From: Candidatus Anderseniibacteriota bacterium
GTDB lineage: Bacteria > Patescibacteriota > Andersenbacteria > UBA10190
Direction of reading: 5' to 3'
Assembly: GCA_040900375.1 (NCBI GenBank)
Contig: JBBDZC010000008.1
Coordinates: 66,182-130,181, forward strand
Length of the DNA: 64,000 nucleotides
In this document: positions 18,753 through 27,476 of the stretch, one piece after another
Numbering within the stretch: the stretch's first letter is position 1
Layout of the letters: each line of letters opens with the position of its first letter
Position numbers and translations under genes: made by a program
Notes under the pieces: model-generated
Databases searched by the model: none
What the model was told of the DNA's origin: nothing
What the model saw: only the letters and a program-made list of their open reading frames with translations

Positions 18753-20432
18753 ATGCCGCGGAAAAAAGATGAGGAAAAAGAAATCAAGCAAGACATCAAA
18801 GCGCGCATGGTGGTGCTCTCGGGTGAGCAAGAAGAGCGCATCGCGCGCCGCCGGGCCGAGACTTTAAACTTGCCCTACATTAGCCTTCAAACTTTCCCAA
18901 CTGATGCAGATGTTTTGGAACTCATCCCGCGCCACTTAGCCGAACAAGCCCACGCTGTCTTATTCCACAAACAAGGGAAAGATGTCCGGGTGGGGGTAGT
19001 TAACCCCTCCCTACCAGCCTTTGCCAAATTTCGCCAGGCTGTCACCAACACGGTGGGCGTTGAACCCCAGCCCTACGTGATCTCCCATCGCAGCTTACAG
19101 GTAGCCCTCTCCCGCTACCGCCGCGAACAGCGCGTGGAGGTGACTCCCCAAGATGAAATGCGCATTACCAGCGAGAGCCTAAGCGCTTTTACCAAGACTA
19201 TCCGCGATCTCCACACTCTCGGGCAGCATATTACGACACTGCCGCCGACGGAGGTATTGGCGACGGTAGTCTCGGGAGCGGTTAAGCTCGGGGCGTCGGA
19301 TGTGCATATTGAACCAAAAGAAAAAGAAGCCCGCTTGCGCTACCGCATTGATGGGGTGTTGCAAGATATAACCGAGTTTGCATTGCCAGGTTGGCAGTTG
19401 TTGCTCTCGCGCGTCAAGGTGCTGGCGAAGCTCAAGCTCAATGTTCACGAGACGCCCCAAGACGGCAGCTTCGTGCTGCGGGTGGGTGAGGCTACGTATG
19501 ATATGCGCGTATCTATCTTGCCGGGTGACTTTGGCGAGAATATTGTCATGCGTATCTTGAACCGCGCGGCGGAAGCGGTGCGGATTACTGACCTCGGCAT
19601 GAAGGAACGTGACTACGCTGTAGTGTTGCGAGAACTGCGTCGGAGTAACGGCATGATTTTAACTACTGGCCCCACCGGCTCCGGCAAAACGACGAGCCTG
19701 GCGTCATTTTTGCGTGAGGTTAATACTCCCGAGTTGAAAATTATCACGCTGGAAGATCCCATTGAGTACCGTCTGTCTGGAGTGGAGCAGACACAGGTGG
19801 ATACCGATGCTGGCTATACTTTTGCCAAAGGGTTACGGGCGATCTTACGCCAAGACCCCGACGTTATTATGGTGGGGGAGATGCGCGATACCGAAACGGC
19901 GGAGACAGCTATGCACGCCGCGCTCACCGGCCACCTGGTCTTTTCCACGTTGCACACCAATGATGCCCCGGGCGCCATCCCGCGTCTCATTGACATGGGT
20001 ATCAAGCCCTTTATTATTGCGCCGGCCGTCAACCTGGTGATTGCGCAGCGCTTGGTACGCGTTGTCTGCAAAAAATGCGCGAAAAAGTATACGCCGGATC
20101 GCGCCATACGCGAGCAAATTGCGGCGGCGATGGAAGGTGTGCGGCGAGAGATTTTTGATCCGCAGGTGGTGCATGACCCCAAGCTTAAACTTGTGCGGGC
20201 GCAGGGCTGCGATCACTGCGCGCAAACCGGCTACAAGGGTAGGCAAGGTGTTTTTGAAATCTTCACTGTCACCGGGGCCATTGAAGAACTGGTACTTAAA
20301 GGCGCGGACAGCAACGCTATTCGAGACGCCGCGCAGAGAGCCGGCATGACGACGATTGCCCAAGACGCCTATCTGAAAGTGCTCGACGGTATAACTACCG
20401 TAGAAGAAGTAGAGCGGATTTCAGAGGAGTAA
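18753..20432 (+). CDS. pilB: Type IV pilus / type II secretion assembly ATPase (PilB/GspE family)
   Basis: The product has an N-terminal GspE_N domain and a Walker A (GPTGSGKTT). A tetracysteine motif is present (CKKCAKKY…CDHCAQTGYKGR). Confidence 0.85.
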   Translation: MPRKKDEEKEIKQDIKARMVVLSGEQEERIARRRAETLNLPYISLQTFPTDADVLELIPRHLAEQAHAVLFHKQGKDVRVGVVNPSLPAFAKFRQAVTNTVGVEPQPYVISHRSLQVALSRYRREQRVEVTPQDEMRITSESLSAFTKTIRDLHTLGQHITTLPPTEVLATVVSGAVKLGASDVHIEPKEKEARLRYRIDGVLQDITEFALPGWQLLLSRVKVLAKLKLNVHETPQDGSFVLRVGEATYDMRVSILPGDFGENIVMRILNRAAEAVRITDLGMKERDYAVVLRELRRSNGMILTTGPTGSGKTTSLASFLREVNTPELKIITLEDPIEYRLSGVEQTQVDTDAGYTFAKGLRAILRQDPDVIMVGEMRDTETAETAMHAALTGHLVFSTLHTNDAPGAIPRLIDMGIKPFIIAPAVNLVIAQRLVRVVCKKCAKKYTPDRAIREQIAAAMEGVRREIFDPQVVHDPKLKLVRAQGCDHCAQTGYKGRQGVFEIFTVTGAIEELVLKGADSNAIRDAAQRAGMTTIAQDAYLKVLDGITTVEEVERISEE

Positions 20433-20510
20433 AGAAAAATCCGCCGAGATGAATTCGGCGGGAGGGGTAACTAACTCTTTTCTCATCGCTCGAGGCTGCC
20501 AAACCAGGAT

Positions 20511-20915
20511 TTACTGGCGCGACTTCTCGGGGGACGTTGGAAAGGTAGGGGGATTATCCCGGCTGTATTTTGCCAAGTCTTGGCGTGTATCCAGGTAGGC
20601 CATCACACTGTTGATAGCAACCGCGGGGCCACATAATATGGCCGTGGTGCTCGCCGGGAGATAGTTGATCGTAATATCGTCGAGCGAGATATGTTCCCGC
20701 ATGACGGTGATACGTTCCTCCATCATTGCCCGGCGGGCTTTAAGGACGAGTGAGACACGCGCCCGCACAGCGGCCAGGCCTTCCTTTGTTATTGCCTGGC
20801 TGACTGTGAGATTGCTGGGTGTTGTTTCAGCAAGATGGCCGGGATCAAATATGACCAATAGAGGTATTCGAGCGGTGTTCTGTGGTGTAGCGGGGTCTAG
20901 TAATGACATCGTCAA
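20511..20915 (-). CDS. Hypothetical protein
   Basis: The 134 aa ORF has no recognisable motif. I kept it only because it is the largest ORF in its gap. Confidence 0.3.
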   Translation of the reverse strand: MTMSLLDPATPQNTARIPLLVIFDPGHLAETTPSNLTVSQAITKEGLAAVRARVSLVLKARRAMMEERITVMREHISLDDITINYLPASTTAILCGPAVAINSVMAYLDTRQDLAKYSRDNPPTFPTSPEKSRQ

Positions 20916-21022
20916 CTCCAGTTTTCTCTAGAGGAGGAGTGTTGGTTAAAAAGAACGTTGACTACAGGTATCCTAGATCATGCGCTATGGCCCAGTCAAA
21001 GATTTTTGCCGCGGCGAGATCT

Positions 21023-22159
21023 TTACGGCAAGATGGCGCGTACTTTATCGAGCGCTTCTTGTTCGGCGTCTTCGAGGGATGTGGCATGGATGCGCACGTG
21101 GAGCAAGCCGTTGTCGCGCTTAGCCTCAAGCTGGGTTTGAATTTCTTGGCGGCGCTGCTGTAAGCCCTTGCCGAGTAGCAGGTACATCATAAAGCCTTCG
21201 CTATTTTCGTGGAGGATAAAGGCGGCGTTAAAGCCGGCGATGTTATTCGCTAGCTCACGCATAGCAGCGGGTACATGCTCCATGGTGGCCCCGCTGTCTT
21301 GAAAGTCCACCGGGCGCAGAATGCTCCAAAATAATTGCATGTGTTCATCAAAGCGCAGACGGGCGTAGAGACGCCCCGCCAATTTAATAAGGTAGAGCGG
21401 CTTGGTTTTAATGAGATGTTGGATTACGGCCTCACGATCGGCCTCGCGTTCCATCAGTTTGGCTGCAATCTGGAATGAACGGGGCGTGGTGGAAGGTTTT
21501 TGGAAGGAGTCAGTGCCGGCCACAATCCCAGCGTAGAGGGCAGTGGCGACTTCGGGGCTAATCTCCTCTCCAAATTTACTAGTAATGAGTTCATACGTGA
21601 CTTCGGCGACAGAGCCGGCAGTGATATCAACAATATTCACTGTGCCGTAGTGTTCGTTGTCAGCGCGGTGGTCAATGTTGATGATCGGGGTGTTGTAGAA
21701 AAAGTCGGTGTGGTCGGTGAAAGTTTTACCCAAGGCCTCGAGGTCGGCCGCGCCTAAGATAATGGCCACGTCGTACGGCAGAGGGCGCACGACCATTTCT
21801 AGTTGATCGCGGGTAATGGTGATACCGGTGGGCAGCGTGAGGTGGAGCCGCAGACCGCCTTGCAGCACCTCTTGGCGAATGGCCTCAATCTTAGTGGGGC
21901 CGGCAATATCCATGATGACGTCAGTTTGCTGGCGCGGCTGCATCTTAATTTGCGAAGAACCAGGTAAAAATTGCAATGGGGGTGGGACGTGCGCAGGACT
22001 GACTGCCTCGACACCGTCTTCTTTATGTGGCTGTAAGGTGAGATAGAGCGCCATCATGGCAGCTAAAGCATCGACCGAGGCGCGCTCCGGCACCATGAGG
22101 AGAATGTGGGCGGAGCGGTCAATGATCGTATGGGCTTGCTTGAGTTCGGGCAAAGCCAT
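21023..22159 (-). CDS. DHH-family phosphoesterase (NrnA-like), with DHR in place of DHH
   Basis: The product has a DHH-family layout (…TPIINIDHRADNEHYG…) and a DHHA1-like C-terminal half. Confidence 0.7.
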   Translation of the reverse strand: MALPELKQAHTIIDRSAHILLMVPERASVDALAAMMALYLTLQPHKEDGVEAVSPAHVPPPLQFLPGSSQIKMQPRQQTDVIMDIAGPTKIEAIRQEVLQGGLRLHLTLPTGITITRDQLEMVVRPLPYDVAIILGAADLEALGKTFTDHTDFFYNTPIINIDHRADNEHYGTVNIVDITAGSVAEVTYELITSKFGEEISPEVATALYAGIVAGTDSFQKPSTTPRSFQIAAKLMEREADREAVIQHLIKTKPLYLIKLAGRLYARLRFDEHMQLFWSILRPVDFQDSGATMEHVPAAMRELANNIAGFNAAFILHENSEGFMMYLLLGKGLQQRRQEIQTQLEAKRDNGLLHVRIHATSLEDAEQEALDKVRAILP

Positions 22160-22394
22160 GCTACGGTAGTAAAGGCGTGATCATAAGCAAATCTCCCTAT
22201 AGTACTTGGCGGCTGGATTTATGGGAAATGTGGAAATGGGGAAAAGGGGTTGAAAAGTTTGTTGAGGGGTTTGAGGAACATGTCATGAAAGACAAAAATT
22301 ATTGCCCGGCGCGGGAGAATTAGTCAGTCGCCACCGCATATTTTTTTCCGACGACATTTTTGCAAAGATAGGGTGTAAACTCTACGCTTACGTG

Positions 22395-23189
22395 ATGGAG
22401 TTGCTGGACATTGTTATTTTAGGGGTTATTCAAGGCTTAACAGAATTTCTCCCGATCAGTTCTAAGGGCCATCTCTTGGCGGCGCGGCTACTTTTTGGGA
22501 TTGACGATAGTGGCGGCTTGGCCTTTGATGCGTTTTTACATCTGGGTACCTTGGCGGCGGTACTGCTGTACTATCGGCGGGTCTGGTGGGGGATGATGCG
22601 GGGCTTGGTGGTGCGCGATACCGAGGGCCGCGACAAGCGAGAACTCTTAGCCAAGCTCTTGGTAGCAACAGTGCCGGCGGCCGCGGTTGGTTACTGGTTC
22701 GAAGATGTTATTGCAGTGTCGCTGCGCAATGAACATTTCTTAAGCCTGGGGTTTCTTTTTACCGCGCTGGCTCTCTGGCTCTTTGATGACCATAGTCCGG
22801 GATCAACTTTGACTCGACCGCGGGCTAGTTTTAAAGATGCGTTGTTCATCGGTGCGGCCCAAGTATTAGCTCTCCTGCCGGGAGTGTCGCGCTCGGGGAT
22901 GACGATGGCCGCGGGTCGCGCGCGCGGGCTGACTCGCACCCAGGCCGCCACCTTTTCATTTTTGCTGTCAGCGCCGATCATTGCGGGGGCGGGACTGGCA
23001 AGTTTATCGAAGCTTACGCATTTAGTTGATTTTACGCCCCTACAACTAGCGATCGGCTTTGGCGTCTCGTTTTTAAGCGGCTTGGCGGCAATATTTATGC
23101 TGCTTAAAATCGTGGAACGGTATTCTTTTAAACCGTTTGTGGGCTATTTAGTTATTATCGCTCTCGTCGTGATATATGCCTCGAGTTGA
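22395..23189 (+). CDS. uppP: Undecaprenyl-diphosphatase
   Basis: The N-terminus reads MELLDIVILGVIQGLTEFLPISSKGHL, typical of BacA/UppP. The protein is multi-TM. The ORF track start at 22302 is probably too far upstream. Confidence 0.85.
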   Translation: MELLDIVILGVIQGLTEFLPISSKGHLLAARLLFGIDDSGGLAFDAFLHLGTLAAVLLYYRRVWWGMMRGLVVRDTEGRDKRELLAKLLVATVPAAAVGYWFEDVIAVSLRNEHFLSLGFLFTALALWLFDDHSPGSTLTRPRASFKDALFIGAAQVLALLPGVSRSGMTMAAGRARGLTRTQAATFSFLLSAPIIAGAGLASLSKLTHLVDFTPLQLAIGFGVSFLSGLAAIFMLLKIVERYSFKPFVGYLVIIALVVIYASS

Positions 23190-23637
23190 GGTACCCACCG
23201 TCGCCGCGACAGCGGCGCTGGCCCAGCAGGTCGCCGCCACTTTACCCAGTGGCGCTCTACTCTTACTTAGTGGAGAGATGGGGACGGGCAAGACAGTCTT
23301 TACCCAAAGCTTAGCGGCTGCCCTGGAGATTAAGGAACCGGTCACCTCGCCCACGTTTACTATTGTGGGCGAGTATGCGGTGCCGGCCCACTCGACTATT
23401 ACTACGTTTGTTCATGTGGATCTCTACCGGCTCTCGCCGGAACAGGCGGTGTCCGATCCGCTCGTGGCGGAGCTTGTAGCCTTGTCTCAAGATCCTCGTC
23501 GGGTAACGGTTATTGAATGGGCCGATAAACTAGGGAGTCCGCCCGCGCATGGCTATAAGCTGCAGTTTGCCCACGCGACGACGGGGCGCGTTATTGATTT
23601 GCCGGATAAGCTTCTGTCTTCGCCCACTTATGGTTAA
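23176..23637 (+). CDS. tsaE: tRNA t6A biosynthesis ATPase TsaE
   Basis: The product contains LLLSGEMGTGKTVFTQ…SPTFTIV, a YjeE-type P-loop. Confidence 0.8.
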   Translation: MPRVEVPTVAATAALAQQVAATLPSGALLLLSGEMGTGKTVFTQSLAAALEIKEPVTSPTFTIVGEYAVPAHSTITTFVHVDLYRLSPEQAVSDPLVAELVALSQDPRRVTVIEWADKLGSPPAHGYKLQFAHATTGRVIDLPDKLLSSPTYG

Positions 23638-23645
23638 ATAAAGGT

Positions 23646-26369
23646 ATGCCACCGAGAATAAAATTAGCGCTCATTGACGCTCATGCGCTCATTCATCGGG
23701 CTTATCATGCGCTGCCGCCGATGAGTACGAGCGCGGGCGTGCCCACACAGGCTGTCTATGGCTTTACCGCGATGCTGCTCAAGGTGCTAACCACTATTAA
23801 GCCGACCCATGTGGTCGCGGCTTTTGATGTCAAAGGGCCGACGTTTCGCCACCACGCCTTTGCCGATTACAAAGCGCACCGGCCAGCTGCGGCGGATGAC
23901 CTGGTAGTCCAATTTGATTTGGTGCGGCAGCTGGTTCAAGCCTTTAATATTCCCATTATTGAAAAACAAGGTTTTGAGGCTGACGACATTATCGGGACGC
24001 TTGCTCGCGGATTGCCCCCGACTATCAAGAAAATTATTGTCACGGGTGATATGGACGCTCTCCAGCTCGTTAATGAATCAACCAGTGTGTTAACGCTCAA
24101 GCGCGGGGCAACCGATACCGTCATGTATAATCCGGCAGCTGTGCGCGAGCGTTTTGGTTTTGCGCCAACGTTGCTGCCTGATTATAAAGGACTGCGGGGT
24201 GATCCCAGTGATAATATTCCCGGCGTGACCGGCATTGGGGAGAAGACGGCGCAGACTTTGGTGTCGCAGTGGGGCCGCCTCGAAGAAATTTATCAACATT
24301 TTGATGAGCTCTCCCCTGGTGTCCGCAGTAAATTAGAAGCCGGACGGACTATGGCGTGGCAAAGCCGGGAGTTAGCGACCATTCGCTGTGATCTTGAGCT
24401 CGATTTTTCTTTACCGGCCGCGCAGCTTTCTGATTACGATGTCCGCGCTGTAGAGAAGCTCTTTGTGCAGCTCGAATTTCGCAGTTTCCTGCAGCGCCTG
24501 CCGCACAGCACGCGCACTACCCAACCACGAACCTTGTTTGCGAAAGCGGCGGCGGACGCTCCCACCATCACCATGCCGGATCACTATCACCTTGTTGTTG
24601 AGGAAAAAGAGCAAGAGAAACTACGGGCGACGTTAAGCCGGCAGGCGATCATCGCTTTTGACACCGAGACCGATCGCCTGGGCGCACGGCAGTATCCGAT
24701 TGTGGGCATGAGTTTTGCGGCCCGCGAGCGGGGTAAGCTCCAGGCCTGGTACGTGCCGGTCACACCCGTGTCTGTGGCAGCGTGGCGCGACTTACTAGAA
24801 AATCCCCGCGTGGGCAAAGCGGGCCATAATCTTAAGTATGACTACAAAGTTTTGCGCCAGTCGGGGATACGGCTCGCCCCAATTGTTTTTGATTCCATGT
24901 TGGCCAGCTACGTGCTCCATCCTGATGCGCGCCAGCACAACTTAGATTGGCTGGCCGCCCAAGAGTTACAGCACCGGACCATCCCGATTACTGATTTAAT
25001 TGGGCAGGGAAAAAACCAGAAGAATGTCTCCGCAGTACCACTGACTGATCTAGCGACCTATGCGGCCGAAGATGCGGAAGTAGCGTGGCGGCTTTATGAG
25101 GTGTTCTCGCCGCAAATCAAAGAACAAGGCTTGGGACGAGTATTTACGGAACTCGAGCTGCCGCTTATCGCGGTGCTGGCCGAGATGGAATTAGCGGGGG
25201 TGAAGCTCGATAGCATGGTGCTCAAGACTATGGGGAAAAAGGTTCAAGCGCGCCTTACAGCGCTGCGAAAAAAGATTTGGCGGGCGGCGGGGGAAGAGTT
25301 CAATGTCAATTCTACTCAACAGCTGCGGCGTATTCTCTATGAAAAGTTGCTCATCCCGACTGAGCGGGTTACGCGGACGCAGACAGGGCACTCCACGGCG
25401 GCGGCCGAACTCGAAAAATTGCGCGCGCTGCACCCGATTATTGCGTTGTTAGAGGAGTATCGCGAATTAGCGAAGCTGCACAATACGTACATCGAGACAT
25501 TGCCTAAGCTTGTCGATAAAAAAACGCAGCGTCTTTATACTTCGTTCAATCAAGCCGTGGCCGCGACGGGCCGGCTGTCCTCTTCCGACCCGAATTTGCA
25601 GAACATCCCGGCCCGGACCGAGCTGGGCCAAGAAATTCGCGCGGCGTTTGTGGCGGAAGCTGGTTACCAGCTTGTGAAGGCAGACTACTCGCAACTGGAA
25701 CTGCGCTTAGCCGCTCATATTTCCCAGGATGAGAAGATGCTCGAGGCTTTTCGCGCCGGCCAGGATATTCACTCCGCCACCGCCGCCTGGGTATACGGCA
25801 TCCCCCTTACTCAAGTGACGGCGCGCGCGCGGCGCGAAGCCAAGACACTCAACTTTGGCGTGCTCTACGGTATGGGGGCTAAGAAATTTGCACAGACTTC
25901 CGGACTTAGCCTTGAACAAGCCCGCTCTTTTATTGAACGCTACAAGGAACAGTACCGCGGGATAACCCGGCTGATTACGGAGACTGTCGCGGCGGCCCAG
26001 CAGTTGGGATATGTCGAGACGGCCATGGGGCGTCGCCGCTACCTCCCCGAAATCAATGCCCAATCGCCCATGCTCCGCGCGCAAGCCGAGCGCATGGCTT
26101 TTAACTTTCCCATTCAGGGGACAGCGGCGGATATTCTCAAGCAAGCGATGATTACCTTGAGTGCAGTGATTGAGCGCCAGTATCCTACTGTGCGGATGGT
26201 ACTCACTGTCCACGATGAGCTGGTGAGTGAGGTACCCGCGGATATAGTGGCCCAATTTGCCCCCGAGATGCAACGAATAATGGAGCGTGTCGTCACGCTT
26301 GATGTCCCGTTGCTGGTGGATGTGGCGGTCGGTAATAATTGGCGCGACACCAAACTGTTTGCTCCCTAA
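23646..26369 (+). CDS. polA: DNA polymerase I
   Basis: The 907 aa product has 5'-3' exonuclease, 3'-5' exonuclease and polymerase domains. Family A polymerase motifs are present (…RRxxKxxNFGxxYG…, …VHDE…). Confidence 0.95.
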   Translation: MPPRIKLALIDAHALIHRAYHALPPMSTSAGVPTQAVYGFTAMLLKVLTTIKPTHVVAAFDVKGPTFRHHAFADYKAHRPAAADDLVVQFDLVRQLVQAFNIPIIEKQGFEADDIIGTLARGLPPTIKKIIVTGDMDALQLVNESTSVLTLKRGATDTVMYNPAAVRERFGFAPTLLPDYKGLRGDPSDNIPGVTGIGEKTAQTLVSQWGRLEEIYQHFDELSPGVRSKLEAGRTMAWQSRELATIRCDLELDFSLPAAQLSDYDVRAVEKLFVQLEFRSFLQRLPHSTRTTQPRTLFAKAAADAPTITMPDHYHLVVEEKEQEKLRATLSRQAIIAFDTETDRLGARQYPIVGMSFAARERGKLQAWYVPVTPVSVAAWRDLLENPRVGKAGHNLKYDYKVLRQSGIRLAPIVFDSMLASYVLHPDARQHNLDWLAAQELQHRTIPITDLIGQGKNQKNVSAVPLTDLATYAAEDAEVAWRLYEVFSPQIKEQGLGRVFTELELPLIAVLAEMELAGVKLDSMVLKTMGKKVQARLTALRKKIWRAAGEEFNVNSTQQLRRILYEKLLIPTERVTRTQTGHSTAAAELEKLRALHPIIALLEEYRELAKLHNTYIETLPKLVDKKTQRLYTSFNQAVAATGRLSSSDPNLQNIPARTELGQEIRAAFVAEAGYQLVKADYSQLELRLAAHISQDEKMLEAFRAGQDIHSATAAWVYGIPLTQVTARARREAKTLNFGVLYGMGAKKFAQTSGLSLEQARSFIERYKEQYRGITRLITETVAAAQQLGYVETAMGRRRYLPEINAQSPMLRAQAERMAFNFPIQGTAADILKQAMITLSAVIERQYPTVRMVLTVHDELVSEVPADIVAQFAPEMQRIMERVVTLDVPLLVDVAVGNNWRDTKLFAP

Positions 26370-26507
26370 CTAAAAACTGACCGGCCGGGAAGTGCCTTGT
26401 CAATTGTCGCTGACGATCTGGGGAAAAATTGTCGCTATCTTTTATTGCGAGTGCCGGCATAAAACCTTATTCTAATAAGATTTACTACTTAATCCTTTAT
26501 TGTTAAC

Positions 26508-27461
26508 TTGTTCAATTTCATGGCAAAAGATTTACGAGTAGGTATTGTTGGCTCTGGGGTGGTGGGGCAAGCGACCGGTCGAGGGTTTTTAGCGCATGGT
26601 TTTCCGGTCACGTTTATTGATACTAATCTCAACACCGTGCAGCGTTTGCGCCACGAGGGATTGAGCGCGTACACGCCGAGTGAGCGGGCGGATCAAGCAC
26701 CTGAATTTGATGTCACCATTCTCACCGTCCCGACACCCACACAGAATGGGGAAATTAATCTTCAATATCTTGAAGCGGCCGCGGTGGATCTGGGTAGACG
26801 CTTTAAGCACGCGGCTCACTACCACGTTGTTGTTGTGCGCAGTACCGTCGTGCCGGGAACTACCGAGAAGGTGGTTATTAGTACTCTTGAGCAATATTCG
26901 GGTAAGAAAGCCGGTCGTGATTTTGGCGTCTGCATGAATCCGGAATACCTGCGGGAGAAGAAATCGACCGAGGATTTTGCGCATCCGTGGATTGTGGTTA
27001 TTGGTCAGTACGACCAGCGTTCAGGCGATACCGTGGCTGCGCTCTACCGTGACTTTCAATGTCCTGTGTACCGACTGTCACTCCAGGAAGCCGAGACGCA
27101 AAAGTATGTCCACAATCTTTTTAATGCCGTGAAGATTACATTCTTTAATGAATTCCGCCAGATTTGTGAAAAAGCGCGAGTTAGTGCTGATGCGATTTTT
27201 CCACTTGTGGCTCAAAGCGCTGAAGGCATGTTTAACCCGGAGTATGGGATTAGAAACTTCGGGCCGTTTGATGGCATGTGTCTGCCGAAAGACACCCAGG
27301 CTTTTTTGTCATGGGCCCGTGCTCACGGCTGGGATATGCCGCTGTTGGCGCAGGCGATCGCGGTTAATAACGAACTCGTCGCTCGCCAATCGCGGCCCGC
27401 GCCAGCGGTTAGACAAGCAGCTCGTGACATGGTCGTGGCCCCAAGCGCCGCCGCGTTTTAA
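26508..27461 (+). CDS. UDP-glucose / GDP-mannose 6-dehydrogenase family protein (short, about 317 aa)
   Basis: The product has an N-terminal Rossmann fold (GSGVVG) and the catalytic Cys motif GMCLPKDT. It appears to lack most of the usual C-terminal nucleotide-sugar-binding domain. Confidence 0.7.
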   Translation: MFNFMAKDLRVGIVGSGVVGQATGRGFLAHGFPVTFIDTNLNTVQRLRHEGLSAYTPSERADQAPEFDVTILTVPTPTQNGEINLQYLEAAAVDLGRRFKHAAHYHVVVVRSTVVPGTTEKVVISTLEQYSGKKAGRDFGVCMNPEYLREKKSTEDFAHPWIVVIGQYDQRSGDTVAALYRDFQCPVYRLSLQEAETQKYVHNLFNAVKITFFNEFRQICEKARVSADAIFPLVAQSAEGMFNPEYGIRNFGPFDGMCLPKDTQAFLSWARAHGWDMPLLAQAIAVNNELVARQSRPAPAVRQAARDMVVAPSAAAF

Positions 27462-27476
27462 CCAAGACAGAATGGA

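Noticed and set aside
19845-20363. A 172 aa minus-strand ORF inside pilB
   Set aside because: It is antisense to pilB, whose motifs are unambiguous.
20441-20461. A hairpin after pilB (CCGCCGA..TCGGCGG) as an intrinsic terminator
   Set aside because: The stem is only 7 bp and no U-tract follows (GGAGGGG follows). It is too weak to call.
25707-26273. A 188 aa minus-strand ORF, together with other antisense ORFs inside polA
   Set aside because: These overlap a strongly supported polA coding region and show no motif. They are shadow ORFs.
26420-26460. A direct 9-bp repeat ATTGTCGCT (two copies, 17 bp apart) upstream of the dehydrogenase gene
   Set aside because: It is short, occurs only twice and has no symmetry. 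It could be chance, so I did not call it a regulatory site.
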